IMG/VR virus record: IMGVR_UViG_3300049261_000008
Span: 1-29,264 of that record
Length of the DNA: 29,264 nucleotides
Reading direction: 5' to 3' (one strand)
Origin: a virus
Taxonomy: Duplodnaviria; Caudoviricetes
Positions 1 through 8,633 of this stretch are shown here, piece after piece. The number at the start of each line of letters is the position of its first letter. Within the stretch, counting starts at the first letter, position 1. The notes under the pieces were generated by a model. The model was given only the letters and a program-made list of their open reading frames with translations. It was not told the DNA's origin and did not search any database. The position numbers were made by a program, and so were the translations under genes.

Positions 1-406
1 TCGAGATGGCATCTGTGCCGATCCCCGCCCCAGGGATTTGCACGCTCGGTAGATTACGCCCTTGCGCGCCCAATCGCTGTAACAGATTGCCGCCTGGCCC
101 GTTGCCGCCCGTTTGTGCCTGATTGAAGGCGCTGGCCGCGTCGCTAATCTCGTCCTTGCTTGCCCCCAGTTCTAAGAGTTTTTTATTCAAACTGGCGGCG
201 GCGGTTTCAGCGTCCCGCGTCTTTTTGGCAAGCGTGCCCATCTCCGTGCCCAATTGACGCAGTTGATCGGTCCGCGAGAGTTTGGCAAGCTCTTGCTGGA
301 CGCTTGTCGTGGTCGTGGCAAGTTTTTTAATCTCAGCAGCGGCTTCGGCTTCTCCCGCTGTTTTGATGCTAAGGGTCAATTGGGCGGTGCGTTTACTATC
401 TGCCAT
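1..406 (-). CDS. Probable tape measure protein, 5' part (runs off the window)
   Basis: Not in the ORF track because it has no stop in the window. ATG at 406 preceded by AGAGG; open to base 1; MADSKRTAQLTLSIKTAGEAEAAAEIKKLATT... is Ala/Lys/Gln-rich and helical-looking; lies just after the frameshifted tail chaperone, the usual tape measure position. Confidence 0.75.
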   Translation of the reverse strand, partial: MADSKRTAQLTLSIKTAGEAEAAAEIKKLATTTTSVQQELAKLSRTDQLRQLGTEMGTLAKKTRDAETAAASLNKKLLELGASKDEISDAASAFNQAQTGGNGPGGNLLQRLGAQGRNLPSVQIPGAGIGTDAIS

Positions 407-414
407 CGTTGCCT

Positions 415-543
415 CTAGTGGATCGCGGTCAGTGTGGCGTACAGATGGGCGTCAAACGTGGCAATCGACGATTGGAACAAGATTAACCCTATCACGAGGG
501 CCAGCAGCAGACATAGGATGATCCATGGATAGAGGCGGCGCAT
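415..543 (-). CDS. 42-aa small membrane protein
   Basis: Hand translation MRRLYPWIILCLLLALVIGLILFQSSIATFDAHLYATLTAIH*; basic N-terminus plus one hydrophobic helix; fills the gap between the chaperone extension (stop 546) and the tape measure start (406). Confidence 0.6.
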   Translation of the reverse strand: MRRLYPWIILCLLLALVIGLILFQSSIATFDAHLYATLTAIH

Positions 544-545
544 GG

Positions 546-884
546 TTAATCCCCCATATAATTCAGCCACTCTTGCGGGTTATTCGGCGCGATTGGGGCG
601 CTGAAAATATTCTTCTGCGCTCTCAGATAATACAAACCGAGTGTTTGCCAGTCCTTCATCAGCGAATCGGATTGATCGTTATACCCGCCCGGTTCGGGAT
701 AAATATGATGCAGCTTACGCTCAAACCACGTTTGAATGACATAACCGATGTCGTTCGCAAATCGAGAGGGATCATCCATCAGCCCTTCGTCATCATCCGT
801 CTCGCCTTTCTCAGCCCTGACAACCGCCCTCATGAAGTCTTCTACGTCGGCAATGTCGGCGGCGTGCTCAACGTCGTTTTTTTT
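546..884 (-). CDS. Tail assembly chaperone -1 frameshift extension (gpT-like part of a gpGT-like fusion)
   Basis: The -1 frame is open from the A8 run (877-884) through KKNDVEHAADIADVEDF into ORF 546..833 (MRAVVRAEK...). The fused product would be about 222 aa. Confidence 0.75.
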   Translation of the reverse strand, partial: KKNDVEHAADIADVEDFMRAVVRAEKGETDDDEGLMDDPSRFANDIGYVIQTWFERKLHHIYPEPGGYNDQSDSLMKDWQTLGLYYLRAQKNIFSAPIAPNNPQEWLNYMGD

Positions 885-1213
885 GGCGGGAGGGTCGCGA
901 CATACGCCCGATTAAAGAGCGCGTACAATTCCTCATCTTCCTCAAGAAACACGTCAAACGCCGCTTTAATCTGATCCTCTGTCATATTCGAGTGACACCA
1001 CCATGTGACGTTTTCAGGCGGCGTCACGGTGCTGCGGGACATGGTTTCCGCGTAGGTATCGACATTGGCATATTCATCACTCGGCATTTCCGTTTCATAG
1101 CCGAGCGCAGAGATCAATTTGCGCCGAAGACGTGTAGACTCCATCCCCGTGCGTACCGTTCCGCGCTGATACGTCACGTTTAACCCCTGATATTCAAACG
1201 TATACGGGTCCAT
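842..1213 (-). CDS. Tail assembly chaperone (gpG-like)
   Basis: 123 aa, between major tail gene and tape measure; ends ...LPPKKTT over a slippery A-run. Confidence 0.75.
   Translation of the reverse strand: MDPYTFEYQGLNVTYQRGTVRTGMESTRLRRKLISALGYETEMPSDEYANVDTYAETMSRSTVTPPENVTWWCHSNMTEDQIKAAFDVFLEEDEELYALFNRAYVATLPPKKTTLSTPPTLPT
877..884 (-). promoter_or_regulatory. Programmed -1 ribosomal frameshift site (CCA AAA AAA ACG; heptamer A AAA AAA)
   Basis: T8 on + at 877-884; X XXY YYZ heptamer in the correct phase; -1 frame joins the downstream ORF with no stop. Confidence 0.75.
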
Positions 1214-1221
1214 GATGATCC

Positions 1222-2052
1222 TTAGCCGCTGTAGCCATGAATAATAACGCCGCGCTGGTCGAGTGTGATGGCGGGCGTGATGTTGGCGATTTTTGTGGAC
1301 GGCGTGACCGTGTTCACAGTTCTCGCCACACGTTCAACAAAGGCCTTGGTGTTATTCGTGTTGACAGGGGTTTTATTGAGGACCCAATCGACCACCACGC
1401 CGTTACCTTTGAGCGCCGCCCCTGTCAGGGGATACGGGGAATTGAAGGGGAACGAGAAGGAGGACACATCGCCATTGACCGCCTCAGCAATCGTAACACC
1501 CCAGGGGTGATTGTACGCGGCTTGCGCGACGCCCTTATAGCGCTGGACGCCCGCAGTACGGCCCGTCAGCGTTTCACGGTTGAGGGGTTGGATCTGGACC
1601 ACAGGGAAGATAAAACCCGACCAGGCCGCCTGGCCGCTGATCCCCGGATTGCGTTTGATGGCCCGCGAATTGACAATCAGGCACACCGTCGGATAGACCG
1701 GATTCCCAGGATCGCCCAGACCGATATTGATGTCTCCCAATGCTTCTACAAGGGTTCCTTGCAAGAGCGCATCAAGCGACAAATCCCCCTGCCCAAAATT
1801 CATCAGAAATTCGCGGGGGTCAGCCGAAGCGAAAATGAAGTTGCCCAGATTGGTGTCATCCCCCGGCACGGGAACGGTTTCACCTTCAAGGATACCAGTG
1901 GGCATCTCCTGAATCCCCACGAAGGGATAAAAGGGGCGAATCTGCCCCGCTGTAAGCGCCGTTGTCTCGTTTCCAATCGCGATATTGTCGTTATCCAGAA
2001 ACGAGAGCCATGCTTGCTGAACGCCCGCGCCCAAACTCTGTGTAAATGCCAT
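1222..2052 (-). CDS. Major tail (tube) protein, putative
   Basis: 276 aa, starts MAF, Gly/Thr/Val-rich beta-type composition; between tail-terminator-like gene and chaperone. Confidence 0.65.
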   Translation of the reverse strand: MAFTQSLGAGVQQAWLSFLDNDNIAIGNETTALTAGQIRPFYPFVGIQEMPTGILEGETVPVPGDDTNLGNFIFASADPREFLMNFGQGDLSLDALLQGTLVEALGDINIGLGDPGNPVYPTVCLIVNSRAIKRNPGISGQAAWSGFIFPVVQIQPLNRETLTGRTAGVQRYKGVAQAAYNHPWGVTIAEAVNGDVSSFSFPFNSPYPLTGAALKGNGVVVDWVLNKTPVNTNNTKAFVERVARTVNTVTPSTKIANITPAITLDQRGVIIHGYSG

Positions 2053-2065
2053 GCGTCAAACTCCT

Positions 2066-2548
2066 CTAATATTGATCTTGTTCGATATACTCCACAAACA
2101 CACATCGCAGGGCGATTTCAACGCCCACCTGCGTCGCGTCAATCCCATCGTTTTTCTCTTGCACAAAACGCCCGTTGTTGATCACACGCACTTCTTGCAA
2201 GTTCGCCATGCGCACCGGATAGGCGTTTGACGTGAGCCACTGGCGCTGATTGAACGTTGTTTTCACAACAGGCATCCATTCATACAGTCTGCGTTCCGCC
2301 TCCCCCTTATAGCCCGACGTGAGATGCGCCACGACAAGACGCATAATGACCAATGGGGTATTCACGTCCTCATCCTGCGACCCATCGTCAGTGATGGGCA
2401 CATCGGCAATCCGATTCGTGAAATACGGAAAACTCTCCGATGTTTTATAAAAATACGGCCATGCATCCGCTGCGATGTTAATCGACAGCATCGCCTCTTT
2501 CTGAATGGCGACGACGCGATCCAGCAGCTCATTCAAATAGGATACCAT
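2066..2548 (-). CDS. Tail terminator / tail completion protein, putative
   Basis: 160 aa, position immediately before the major tail gene; size typical; no diagnostic motif. Confidence 0.5.
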   Translation of the reverse strand: MVSYLNELLDRVVAIQKEAMLSINIAADAWPYFYKTSESFPYFTNRIADVPITDDGSQDEDVNTPLVIMRLVVAHLTSGYKGEAERRLYEWMPVVKTTFNQRQWLTSNAYPVRMANLQEVRVINNGRFVQEKNDGIDATQVGVEIALRCVFVEYIEQDQY

Positions 2549-2557
2549 AAAGCGCCT

Positions 2558-3424
2558 TTAGATATTGGCATATTGTGAGAGAAGCGCTTGCACTTCTTGC
2601 AGCATGTCCTGCGGGAATTGCACGGCTTGCCCCATATCCGTGATCGTAATCGTGTTATACGCGCCCTGTCTTGCGTACAAGAACGCCGATTGACGGGCGG
2701 TCACGCGCCGAATGCCCTCCTCCACAAGGAACACGCTCACAGGGCTATCGATGAGATGTGCGGCTGCCGTTGATCCATTCACCCCGCGCACGACCGTGAC
2801 CGTGTTGGTGATGGGATCGGTCTTTACGACGTCCATCCACTCCTCATCGATTTGCACGACATGCCCCGCGCTGATTCGTGGCGTCTCTGCATAGGGATTC
2901 TCTCCATCCACATTGCCCACTTTAAACGTCGTGGCCGTCGTGGTTGTCATCGCCACCGCCAAGGCATCGACCTCCAACCATGCATTCGCGTAATCGCTGT
3001 TGTAGCCCCATATCCCCGTGAGCGTGGCATTCTGCGGTCCCCAGGCATCGGTACAGGCGGCATAGGTATACCATGAACTATACGCGCTGCCCAACAATTG
3101 TAACTCCTGAAAGGGCGACGCGCCGACCGGGAAACTCTGAACGCCCGTGCCCACGGTGAGCGCCTGACTGTTGACCGTGATCCCTGTCAGGTCCATCATC
3201 GGCATACCGAGATCGAAGGTTCGAAGAACGCTGTTGACCCGGTAAGCGTCAATCGGCACATAACGCACGCCGCGCCAGGGTGTAAACAGGGACACGCGAG
3301 AGCGGAACGCCTGATCAATGCGCCGCGAAATCTGCCGCAGAAAACGCATCACTTTGGCGTCATCGGCGGCGCTTTCTGCATTCAATTCACTGCGCACATC
3401 GGCTAACGTGGCATACAAGCTCAT
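2558..3424 (-). CDS. Head-tail adaptor/connector with inserted beta-rich domain
   Basis: Start MSLYATLADVRSEL (YAT..D/E motif typical of gp6/gp15-like adaptors), SRRID, LTGIWGY; ATG at 3424 overlaps upstream stop (ATGA). Confidence 0.7.
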   Translation of the reverse strand: MSLYATLADVRSELNAESAADDAKVMRFLRQISRRIDQAFRSRVSLFTPWRGVRYVPIDAYRVNSVLRTFDLGMPMMDLTGITVNSQALTVGTGVQSFPVGASPFQELQLLGSAYSSWYTYAACTDAWGPQNATLTGIWGYNSDYANAWLEVDALAVAMTTTTATTFKVGNVDGENPYAETPRISAGHVVQIDEEWMDVVKTDPITNTVTVVRGVNGSTAAAHLIDSPVSVFLVEEGIRRVTARQSAFLYARQGAYNTITITDMGQAVQFPQDMLQEVQALLSQYANI

Positions 3425-3642
3425 ATGTCCACCCATTGTTTAGTTTTACTATCGTAATTGGAAACTATAGTGTCTGTCTCAAGATCCACAATTTCACCGC
3501 CATCAGGGGGCGTTTCGTCCCACGCGCCTGTTAGGATGTTTGTAGCTTTTGCTTCCTCGATGGTTGCAAATATCCCTTTGTTATCCCCCCAACCCCCTTG
3601 GGGATAGTAACGAGGGTATGAAAACACAGCAAATCGTTTCAT
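3421..3642 (-). CDS. Small phage hypothetical protein (YYPxGGxxD motif)
   Basis: 73 aa; ATGA overlaps at both ends; AT-richer than flanks (21/60 G+C in 3421-3480 vs 34/60 in 3301-3360). Confidence 0.6.
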   Translation of the reverse strand: MKRFAVFSYPRYYPQGGWGDNKGIFATIEEAKATNILTGAWDETPPDGGEIVDLETDTIVSNYDSKTKQWVDI

Positions 3643-4163
3643 CGAAACCCCTTCCCTGAGCGTGTGGAACCCGTCTGCACGCTGCCAAATGACAGAATGT
3701 CATACCATGCGTTCGTCGCGAGATCGGTCGCGAGATCTTCAGCTTTCAACAGGGTATCCTCGTAATGATACCACTGGGGGAACATCGGCTGGCGATCTGG
3801 CCCGCTGCCCGCCACATACTCGGTAATCCCTGAGTCGTTTGAGACGGTCAATGTGGAACCAGCCCCATCTTTCACCGCCGCTGTCTTCCATGCTTTCTGG
3901 AACGCCCCCGTGCGTCGATAGGGCAAATTACCCTCCTTGCGCAATTTCGCCATCACATAGCGGCGCTGCTTCTGACTTTTCCAGACGAGAGGATAAGATG
4001 GCTTGGGGATACTCACATTCACCAGATTGCGCACGACGTAGTTCTCGACTTCCTTCTGAATTGTGCGCGTGACATAGATGTTCATCGTGGTCGGCGCGGC
4101 GGCAATCTCACGGGCCAGTTCGCTGAACACCTCTTTGTCATAGCTGAGCGTGTAGCTAACCAT
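3639..4163 (-). CDS. Neck protein, HK97 gp10-like (putative)
   Basis: 174 aa; WKSQKQRRYV and PYRRTGAFQKAW resemble the RTGxLxxS motif of gp10-like neck proteins; neck-region position. Confidence 0.55.
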   Translation of the reverse strand: MVSYTLSYDKEVFSELAREIAAAPTTMNIYVTRTIQKEVENYVVRNLVNVSIPKPSYPLVWKSQKQRRYVMAKLRKEGNLPYRRTGAFQKAWKTAAVKDGAGSTLTVSNDSGITEYVAGSGPDRQPMFPQWYHYEDTLLKAEDLATDLATNAWYDILSFGSVQTGSTRSGKGFR

Positions 4164-4416
4164 TCATAACCTCATCAAATATCCGCGACAGTGTTACTCT
4201 GTCATCTCCTACGCTTACGCCTGCGACTAGGAAGACAAATTCCGTTTGCGAGAGGCGGTGCAAACTAATCTGATACCCCCATGATGCGCCCACACTACGA
4301 TGATCGCCAATGTCCACGATATCAAAACGCGTCTTCCAAAGAATTGTAACAGTCTTGCGAAGCTCACTCTCAGGCGTATCAGCAAGAGACTCCCCAAAAA
4401 AGATAAAAGTACTCAT
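4156..4416 (-). CDS. Hypothetical protein
   Basis: Likely start MSTFIFF at 4416 (ATGA overlap with upstream stop); the longer track ORF overlaps the 4413..4688 gene. Confidence 0.5.
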   Translation of the reverse strand: MSTFIFFGESLADTPESELRKTVTILWKTRFDIVDIGDHRSVGASWGYQISLHRLSQTEFVFLVAGVSVGDDRVTLSRIFDEVMNG

Positions 4417-4688
4417 CCGTGATCCCCCCCAGTCCAACGATGTCCCATCATCCCCGCGCCCGCAATCGCCCCCACATACACAACCTCTCTGAGGGGCGTG
4501 TAGACGTACAACAGATACGCCGCAAGTCCTACCCACAGGATCAAGCACCACTGGCAAGTCAGTAGCCCGCCCATTGTCGTCACGGCCCGCAAGCGCGCAA
4601 AGAGATTGAACGGGCCCGCTGTCTTGATGAGGACATACGACACATACCACGCAAAGAGGGCGAGAATAAGCAGGTCAAGGATTGTCAT
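4413..4688 (-). CDS. Membrane protein, DUF1360-like
   Basis: Start MTILDLLI; several hydrophobic helices; GPFxxFxxLR and LLTCQWCLILW (CxWC) motifs characteristic of DUF1360. Confidence 0.65.
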   Translation of the reverse strand: MTILDLLILALFAWYVSYVLIKTAGPFNLFARLRAVTTMGGLLTCQWCLILWVGLAAYLLYVYTPLREVVYVGAIAGAGMMGHRWTGGDHG

Positions 4689-4863
4689 TGGTTTCCCGTG
4701 CAAACATAACAAAGCGCTGTCTTTCGCTTAAGTGACTGACGCTCACAACGCGCCATCCCTCTCGATTAGCAATAACGTTAAGCTCTTTGTCCTTATCATC
4801 CCACAGCAACGGATAAGGAACGCTATCTTTAAGGTATTGCATCAATGTTCTATATTCGGTCAT
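4675..4863 (-). CDS. Hypothetical protein
   Basis: 62 aa, coupled to the upstream glycosyltransferase by ATGA; EGWRVVSV motif seen in small DUF4177-like proteins. Confidence 0.5.
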   Translation of the reverse strand: MTEYRTLMQYLKDSVPYPLLWDDKDKELNVIANREGWRVVSVSHLSERQRFVMFARETNDNP

Positions 4864-6575
4864 ATCAACACCCTCGGCAGTATCTCGGTGAACAACTCTT
4901 TCAATCGCGCCGCAAACGAATGGTGCGCTCTGACGTAATCATACGCGCATTTCACGATTTTGGCGCGTTTGGCTTCATGTTTGGGATTCATGTAGTAATC
5001 GATCAGCTTTTTGAGGTCGGTATAATCGTCCCACGCGACATAATGTTGACCCGCAATGAGCCCGGTGTAGTCTTCCAGGCGGTCAACTTTTTGATGCAGT
5101 AGCAGTGCCCCGCCCGCGTAAAGACTATCAAATACACGATTGGAAATGAACCCGGTATCCCGTGCATACTGATTGTCTCCCACTTCGATCTTTGCCGAGC
5201 GGCGTATCGCGTTCGACAATTCAAACTCATACGTTGAATTGCCCGCATTGTACTCCTCAAACTCTCCGACCCAACCCGATCCGACCAGTCCGACATGATA
5301 CGGGCTTGCCGTGAGCACGCGGGCCAGTTCGCGGCGCTTGTCGCTGTAGGCGCTGCCCATGAGGACAATCTCATAGGCGTTTTCAGGCGCGATGAAGAGG
5401 CGTTCGTCAACAGGCTCATAAGCACACTGCCAGTACGCCGCCGCGACGCCTTCACGCGCGTACACAGGCAGGGCCGCGCCATTGACGACCAACTGCACAT
5501 CGACATTGGCCTTCAACCACTCTATCGTTTCCGAGGTAATCAGGGCGTCTAAGTAAACGTCCCCATTCCAGTTCAGACACAGCATTTCAGGCTGATTGTC
5601 CCGCGCCGCTGCCAGGTCGATCAAATCGCGCTGGCATTGGGTGAAGAGAATATCCGGTTGCCACGCCTTCACGAGGGCGGGCAGGTCATAGGGCTCATTG
5701 ATGTAATCGACTTCCACCACCGCCCCGTAAGACGCCAGTCCCTCGCGCAAGCCGCGCTTCAATAGGGGATGATGCGGATACACCTTGCTTTCAAAGATAG
5801 GCAAATACAGCGTGCGCAGTCCCACGGGTTTAAGTGGATTGTCCACGCAGCAGTGATCTTTCATCTGAGGCGGGGACGTGAAGCGCTGATAATAGCCGCC
5901 GCCCTGCTGCAAAGTGCGCTTTTCATGCTCAATATTCTGCACGCGTAGAGAATCGTTTGCGACAATATCTTTCACGCGCACGCCTTCCACTGCATCGACA
6001 GAATAGCCGTATTCGAGGATACGCGCTGTGAGATAGTTATCGCCGCCGTAGGTATGCGATTTAAACAAGGGATCATACGCGCCCCACCAGCCGCACAAAT
6101 CGCCCAACCAGCGCCGATACAAGCCAACTTGCGCGTAAGGCACGCTGATCGTCTTGCCGTCGGGAGACAGCACGGTCATCGTCTGGACATGATAGCCCGC
6201 GTGCTTGCCAATCGCCCCGCGATCATCGGCAAAGGCCACTGCACCGCACGCGGGATGATCTTCCAGATAGGCGAGGGCCGCGAGAATTGAGTAGTCGACT
6301 ATTTGAATATCATCATTTGCAAGCAAACAATACGTGCCGCGTGCCGCATACGCCCCGTCCGAGAACGCCTTAATTGCGCCTAGCAATGATCCATGTTCAA
6401 TCAGTCTTACGTCGGGCTGAGACTTACACCATTCAATTGTTCCGTCTGTGCTACCCCCGTCTACAATGACAATCTCATAAGCGATGCCATGATGCAAATA
6501 GCGCCGCGCCGATTCGATCATCTGTTGCAACAGGGAGAGGCGGTTGTACGTGCCGCTAATGAGGCTAAGAAGCAT
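4860..6575 (-). CDS. Two-domain glycosyltransferase: N-terminal GT2 (GT-A) plus C-terminal CgeB/Glyco_trans_1_2-like (GT-B) domain
   Basis: Likely start MLLSLISGTYNR (6575); EIVIVDGGSTDGT, LLANDD (DxD-like), YGGD; C-terminal WNGD, SNRVFDSLYAGGALLL and HSFAARLKE typical of CgeB-family domains. Confidence 0.85.
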   Translation of the reverse strand: MLLSLISGTYNRLSLLQQMIESARRYLHHGIAYEIVIVDGGSTDGTIEWCKSQPDVRLIEHGSLLGAIKAFSDGAYAARGTYCLLANDDIQIVDYSILAALAYLEDHPACGAVAFADDRGAIGKHAGYHVQTMTVLSPDGKTISVPYAQVGLYRRWLGDLCGWWGAYDPLFKSHTYGGDNYLTARILEYGYSVDAVEGVRVKDIVANDSLRVQNIEHEKRTLQQGGGYYQRFTSPPQMKDHCCVDNPLKPVGLRTLYLPIFESKVYPHHPLLKRGLREGLASYGAVVEVDYINEPYDLPALVKAWQPDILFTQCQRDLIDLAAARDNQPEMLCLNWNGDVYLDALITSETIEWLKANVDVQLVVNGAALPVYAREGVAAAYWQCAYEPVDERLFIAPENAYEIVLMGSAYSDKRRELARVLTASPYHVGLVGSGWVGEFEEYNAGNSTYEFELSNAIRRSAKIEVGDNQYARDTGFISNRVFDSLYAGGALLLHQKVDRLEDYTGLIAGQHYVAWDDYTDLKKLIDYYMNPKHEAKRAKIVKCAYDYVRAHHSFAARLKELFTEILPRVLI

Positions 6576-6930
6576 TTTGTTTGCATTCTTTGATAAGCGC
6601 GTCATAATTGCGCCACTTTCCCTTGATAAAGTATTGCAATTCATCGGGTGCAACGCGGCGTTTGAAATGTTCGTCTTCTTCGAAGAATTGGACCGTGAGA
6701 ATATCCCGTATCTCAATTGGAATATCGCGCGTGCTAAATGAATCAAATCCTTCAAACCCGTATCGCATGATAACCCCTTCGTGTCTGTAATGCAGCACGA
6801 AGCGAAAATCGGAGTCGGGTTTGTAGCGTATGCGTGTTTTCAATGGAATCTTCTCAGAGAATTTATCCCAATTAAAATAGCCTCCGTAAACCTTTGTTTG
6901 GACGCATTCACCTCTGTTGTCAATCGCCAT
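6565..6930 (-). CDS. Hypothetical protein
   Basis: 121 aa, AT-richer, coupled (TAATG) to the upstream small ORF. Confidence 0.55.
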   Translation of the reverse strand: MAIDNRGECVQTKVYGGYFNWDKFSEKIPLKTRIRYKPDSDFRFVLHYRHEGVIMRYGFEGFDSFSTRDIPIEIRDILTVQFFEEDEHFKRRVAPDELQYFIKGKWRNYDALIKECKQNAS

Positions 6931-7142
6931 TATTCTTGTTCTCCCCTGATTTCGACAAGTCGCAACACAATCGCCCCTTCCTCAGCCGCCACCACCGCCC
7001 GCCATGTGCCATCGTCAGACAGCCTGAACTTTATTCCGCGTGTTTTGTAGCGCGCTTCGCAGTCCCGTTCACAGTCCTCTATCGATGGATAGTCATCGAC
7101 TTTGTAGATGGTATAGGGCGAGATGAATGTGAGGGCGTACAT
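6930..7142 (-). CDS. Hypothetical protein
   Basis: 70 aa, packed between neighbours, GAGGA upstream. Confidence 0.5.
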   Translation of the reverse strand: MYALTFISPYTIYKVDDYPSIEDCERDCEARYKTRGIKFRLSDDGTWRAVVAAEEGAIVLRLVEIRGEQE

Positions 7143-7144
7143 GG

Positions 7145-7432
7145 CTATTCTTCCTCAGAGCCTACCTCTTCCTCGTCCGATTTCTCATAGAACGAGAGGC
7201 TAAAGCTCTCTTTTTCGGAATGCGTGCTGAGAACAAGATTGTTCTCAATAGCGATTTCACGCGCCAACGTATTCAGACGGTTGATCTGATCGTCCGTCAT
7301 GATCCATTTGGATGTTGCAATGGGGGCAATGTTGAACACTGTGTATCCGTTGGTTGCGCCAGTATAGAACAACCCTTCATTAGAGCGAGGGCGATTAACG
7401 TCGAGAGGGGGCACGGTCATGATATACTCCAT
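7145..7432 (-). CDS. Hypothetical protein with acidic tail
   Basis: 95 aa, TAATG overlap with the upstream glycosyltransferase-like gene. Confidence 0.55.
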   Translation of the reverse strand: MEYIMTVPPLDVNRPRSNEGLFYTGATNGYTVFNIAPIATSKWIMTDDQINRLNTLAREIAIENNLVLSTHSEKESFSLSFYEKSDEEEVGSEEE

Positions 7433-8181
7433 TATTCGATTAAATCGAGCGATGCAAACGGATGATCTTTCAGGAACTCAGGCACGTCAACGCTCTCCCA
7501 ATTCCAGGCTGTCGAACCTACGGGATGCAAGTCCGTTGTGCGCAAGGGATTCATGAAGATATCATGGAACCAATCGCAGTCCTTACGCCATTCGTTTTTA
7601 TGGCCGTGCGTCTCCTGTTTGTACTTCACAATCTCAGATCTTTGGGCATAACCGAAATGATTGATTGTTCGATACTGTACGCAAGGGCCTTGATGGGGCG
7701 TGAATGTTTCCGCGCCACTCTTTGTATTAGGGTAAATCAAACGTACAGGGAACGCGGGATCATGCAAGATGACCTGCTTAAGACTCCTCCAGTAATGAAT
7801 CATCGGCATTCTGATATCGCGCCGATGCCACGTGCTTGTTTCCTCAATCGCCTCTCTCAGCAGTCCGGGCGGCCAAATTTCATCACTGTCTAACACAACA
7901 ATGACATCGGCGTCTGGCGCAAGCGCGAAGATGCTGTCGCGCTGCTGCCCTTCGTGCGTCCATGTGCTCTCAAACCAACGCAGTTTCTCCCCCGCCGCTT
8001 GATAGGCAATGTCATAGAGTTCATCGCGTGTGTCCGGGCAGGGCGTCGATGTGCGATGACCGTGTGAGCCGATAGGGGTGTATAACACGAAATATTCATC
8101 CACCTCATCAATGATGGAACGAATGGCGTGGCCCAAGTAATCTTTCCCGTACAGCAGAGCACTATATCCGATGATGTTCAT
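7432..8181 (-). CDS. GT2-like (GT-A fold) glycosyltransferase
   Basis: Start MNIIGY (ATGA overlap); AIRSIIDEVDE, EGQQRD, IVVLDSDEIW (DxD) and INHFGY motifs. Confidence 0.75.
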   Translation of the reverse strand: MNIIGYSALLYGKDYLGHAIRSIIDEVDEYFVLYTPIGSHGHRTSTPCPDTRDELYDIAYQAAGEKLRWFESTWTHEGQQRDSIFALAPDADVIVVLDSDEIWPPGLLREAIEETSTWHRRDIRMPMIHYWRSLKQVILHDPAFPVRLIYPNTKSGAETFTPHQGPCVQYRTINHFGYAQRSEIVKYKQETHGHKNEWRKDCDWFHDIFMNPLRTTDLHPVGSTAWNWESVDVPEFLKDHPFASLDLIE

Positions 8182-8633
8182 AGGCCTATTTGCGCCTCTA
8201 TCCATGATTGTGTTTCAGGGTGCAGTTTGCGCGCATGTGCTGTTTTTTCGTACCAGCCTTTTGTATCTGCGTTGCCGTATGCTAGTCCTGCGCCGCGCCA
8301 ATCAGCAAGCATTTCTCTCATATCGGCGTCAGGCATCTTGAGAATCTTTACCGCGCCACTGTCTTCCATCAAGACCCATGCTTGCCAATGATGCTTGCTA
8401 ACTTTCTGATGGCGATTCCATGTTGCATCGAACGCCTCAGTCTCGACATACTGCTTTGATCCATCAGCGGCATAAAACGCATGAGCATACGCACGGAACA
8501 TCTGAGGGCCAAACTTATCCCAATCGTGAATGATCAGACGCAGCATTGAGAGACCTAACTTGCGCCCCTCCTGATAGACAAACCGCTTGTGCCTGAGTAG
8601 AGCTTTTAAATAGGCTAGGTAACGTTTCATCAT
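8178..8633 (-). CDS. DUF5662-like HD-domain protein
   Basis: LRHKRFV, IIHDWDKF, HQKVSKHHWQ, EMLADWRGAG pattern. Confidence 0.7.
   Translation of the reverse strand: MMKRYLAYLKALLRHKRFVYQEGRKLGLSMLRLIIHDWDKFGPQMFRAYAHAFYAADGSKQYVETEAFDATWNRHQKVSKHHWQAWVLMEDSGAVKILKMPDADMREMLADWRGAGLAYGNADTKGWYEKTAHARKLHPETQSWIEAQIGL

Noticed and set aside
1237-2181. 314-aa plus-strand ORF
   Set aside because: Antisense shadow of the major tail gene; Arg/Ile-rich, no motifs; such shadows are common opposite GC-rich genes.
4413-4688. DUF1360-like membrane protein as a holin
   Set aside because: No endolysin nearby and the CxWC motif points to a family with no established holin role.
6576-6755. N-terminal extension of the 631-aa GT ORF (and similar extensions of ORFs starting 4650, 9567, 21409, 25118, 26038)
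   Set aside because: They overlap upstream genes extensively; downstream ATGs with RBS or stop/start overlap fit better.
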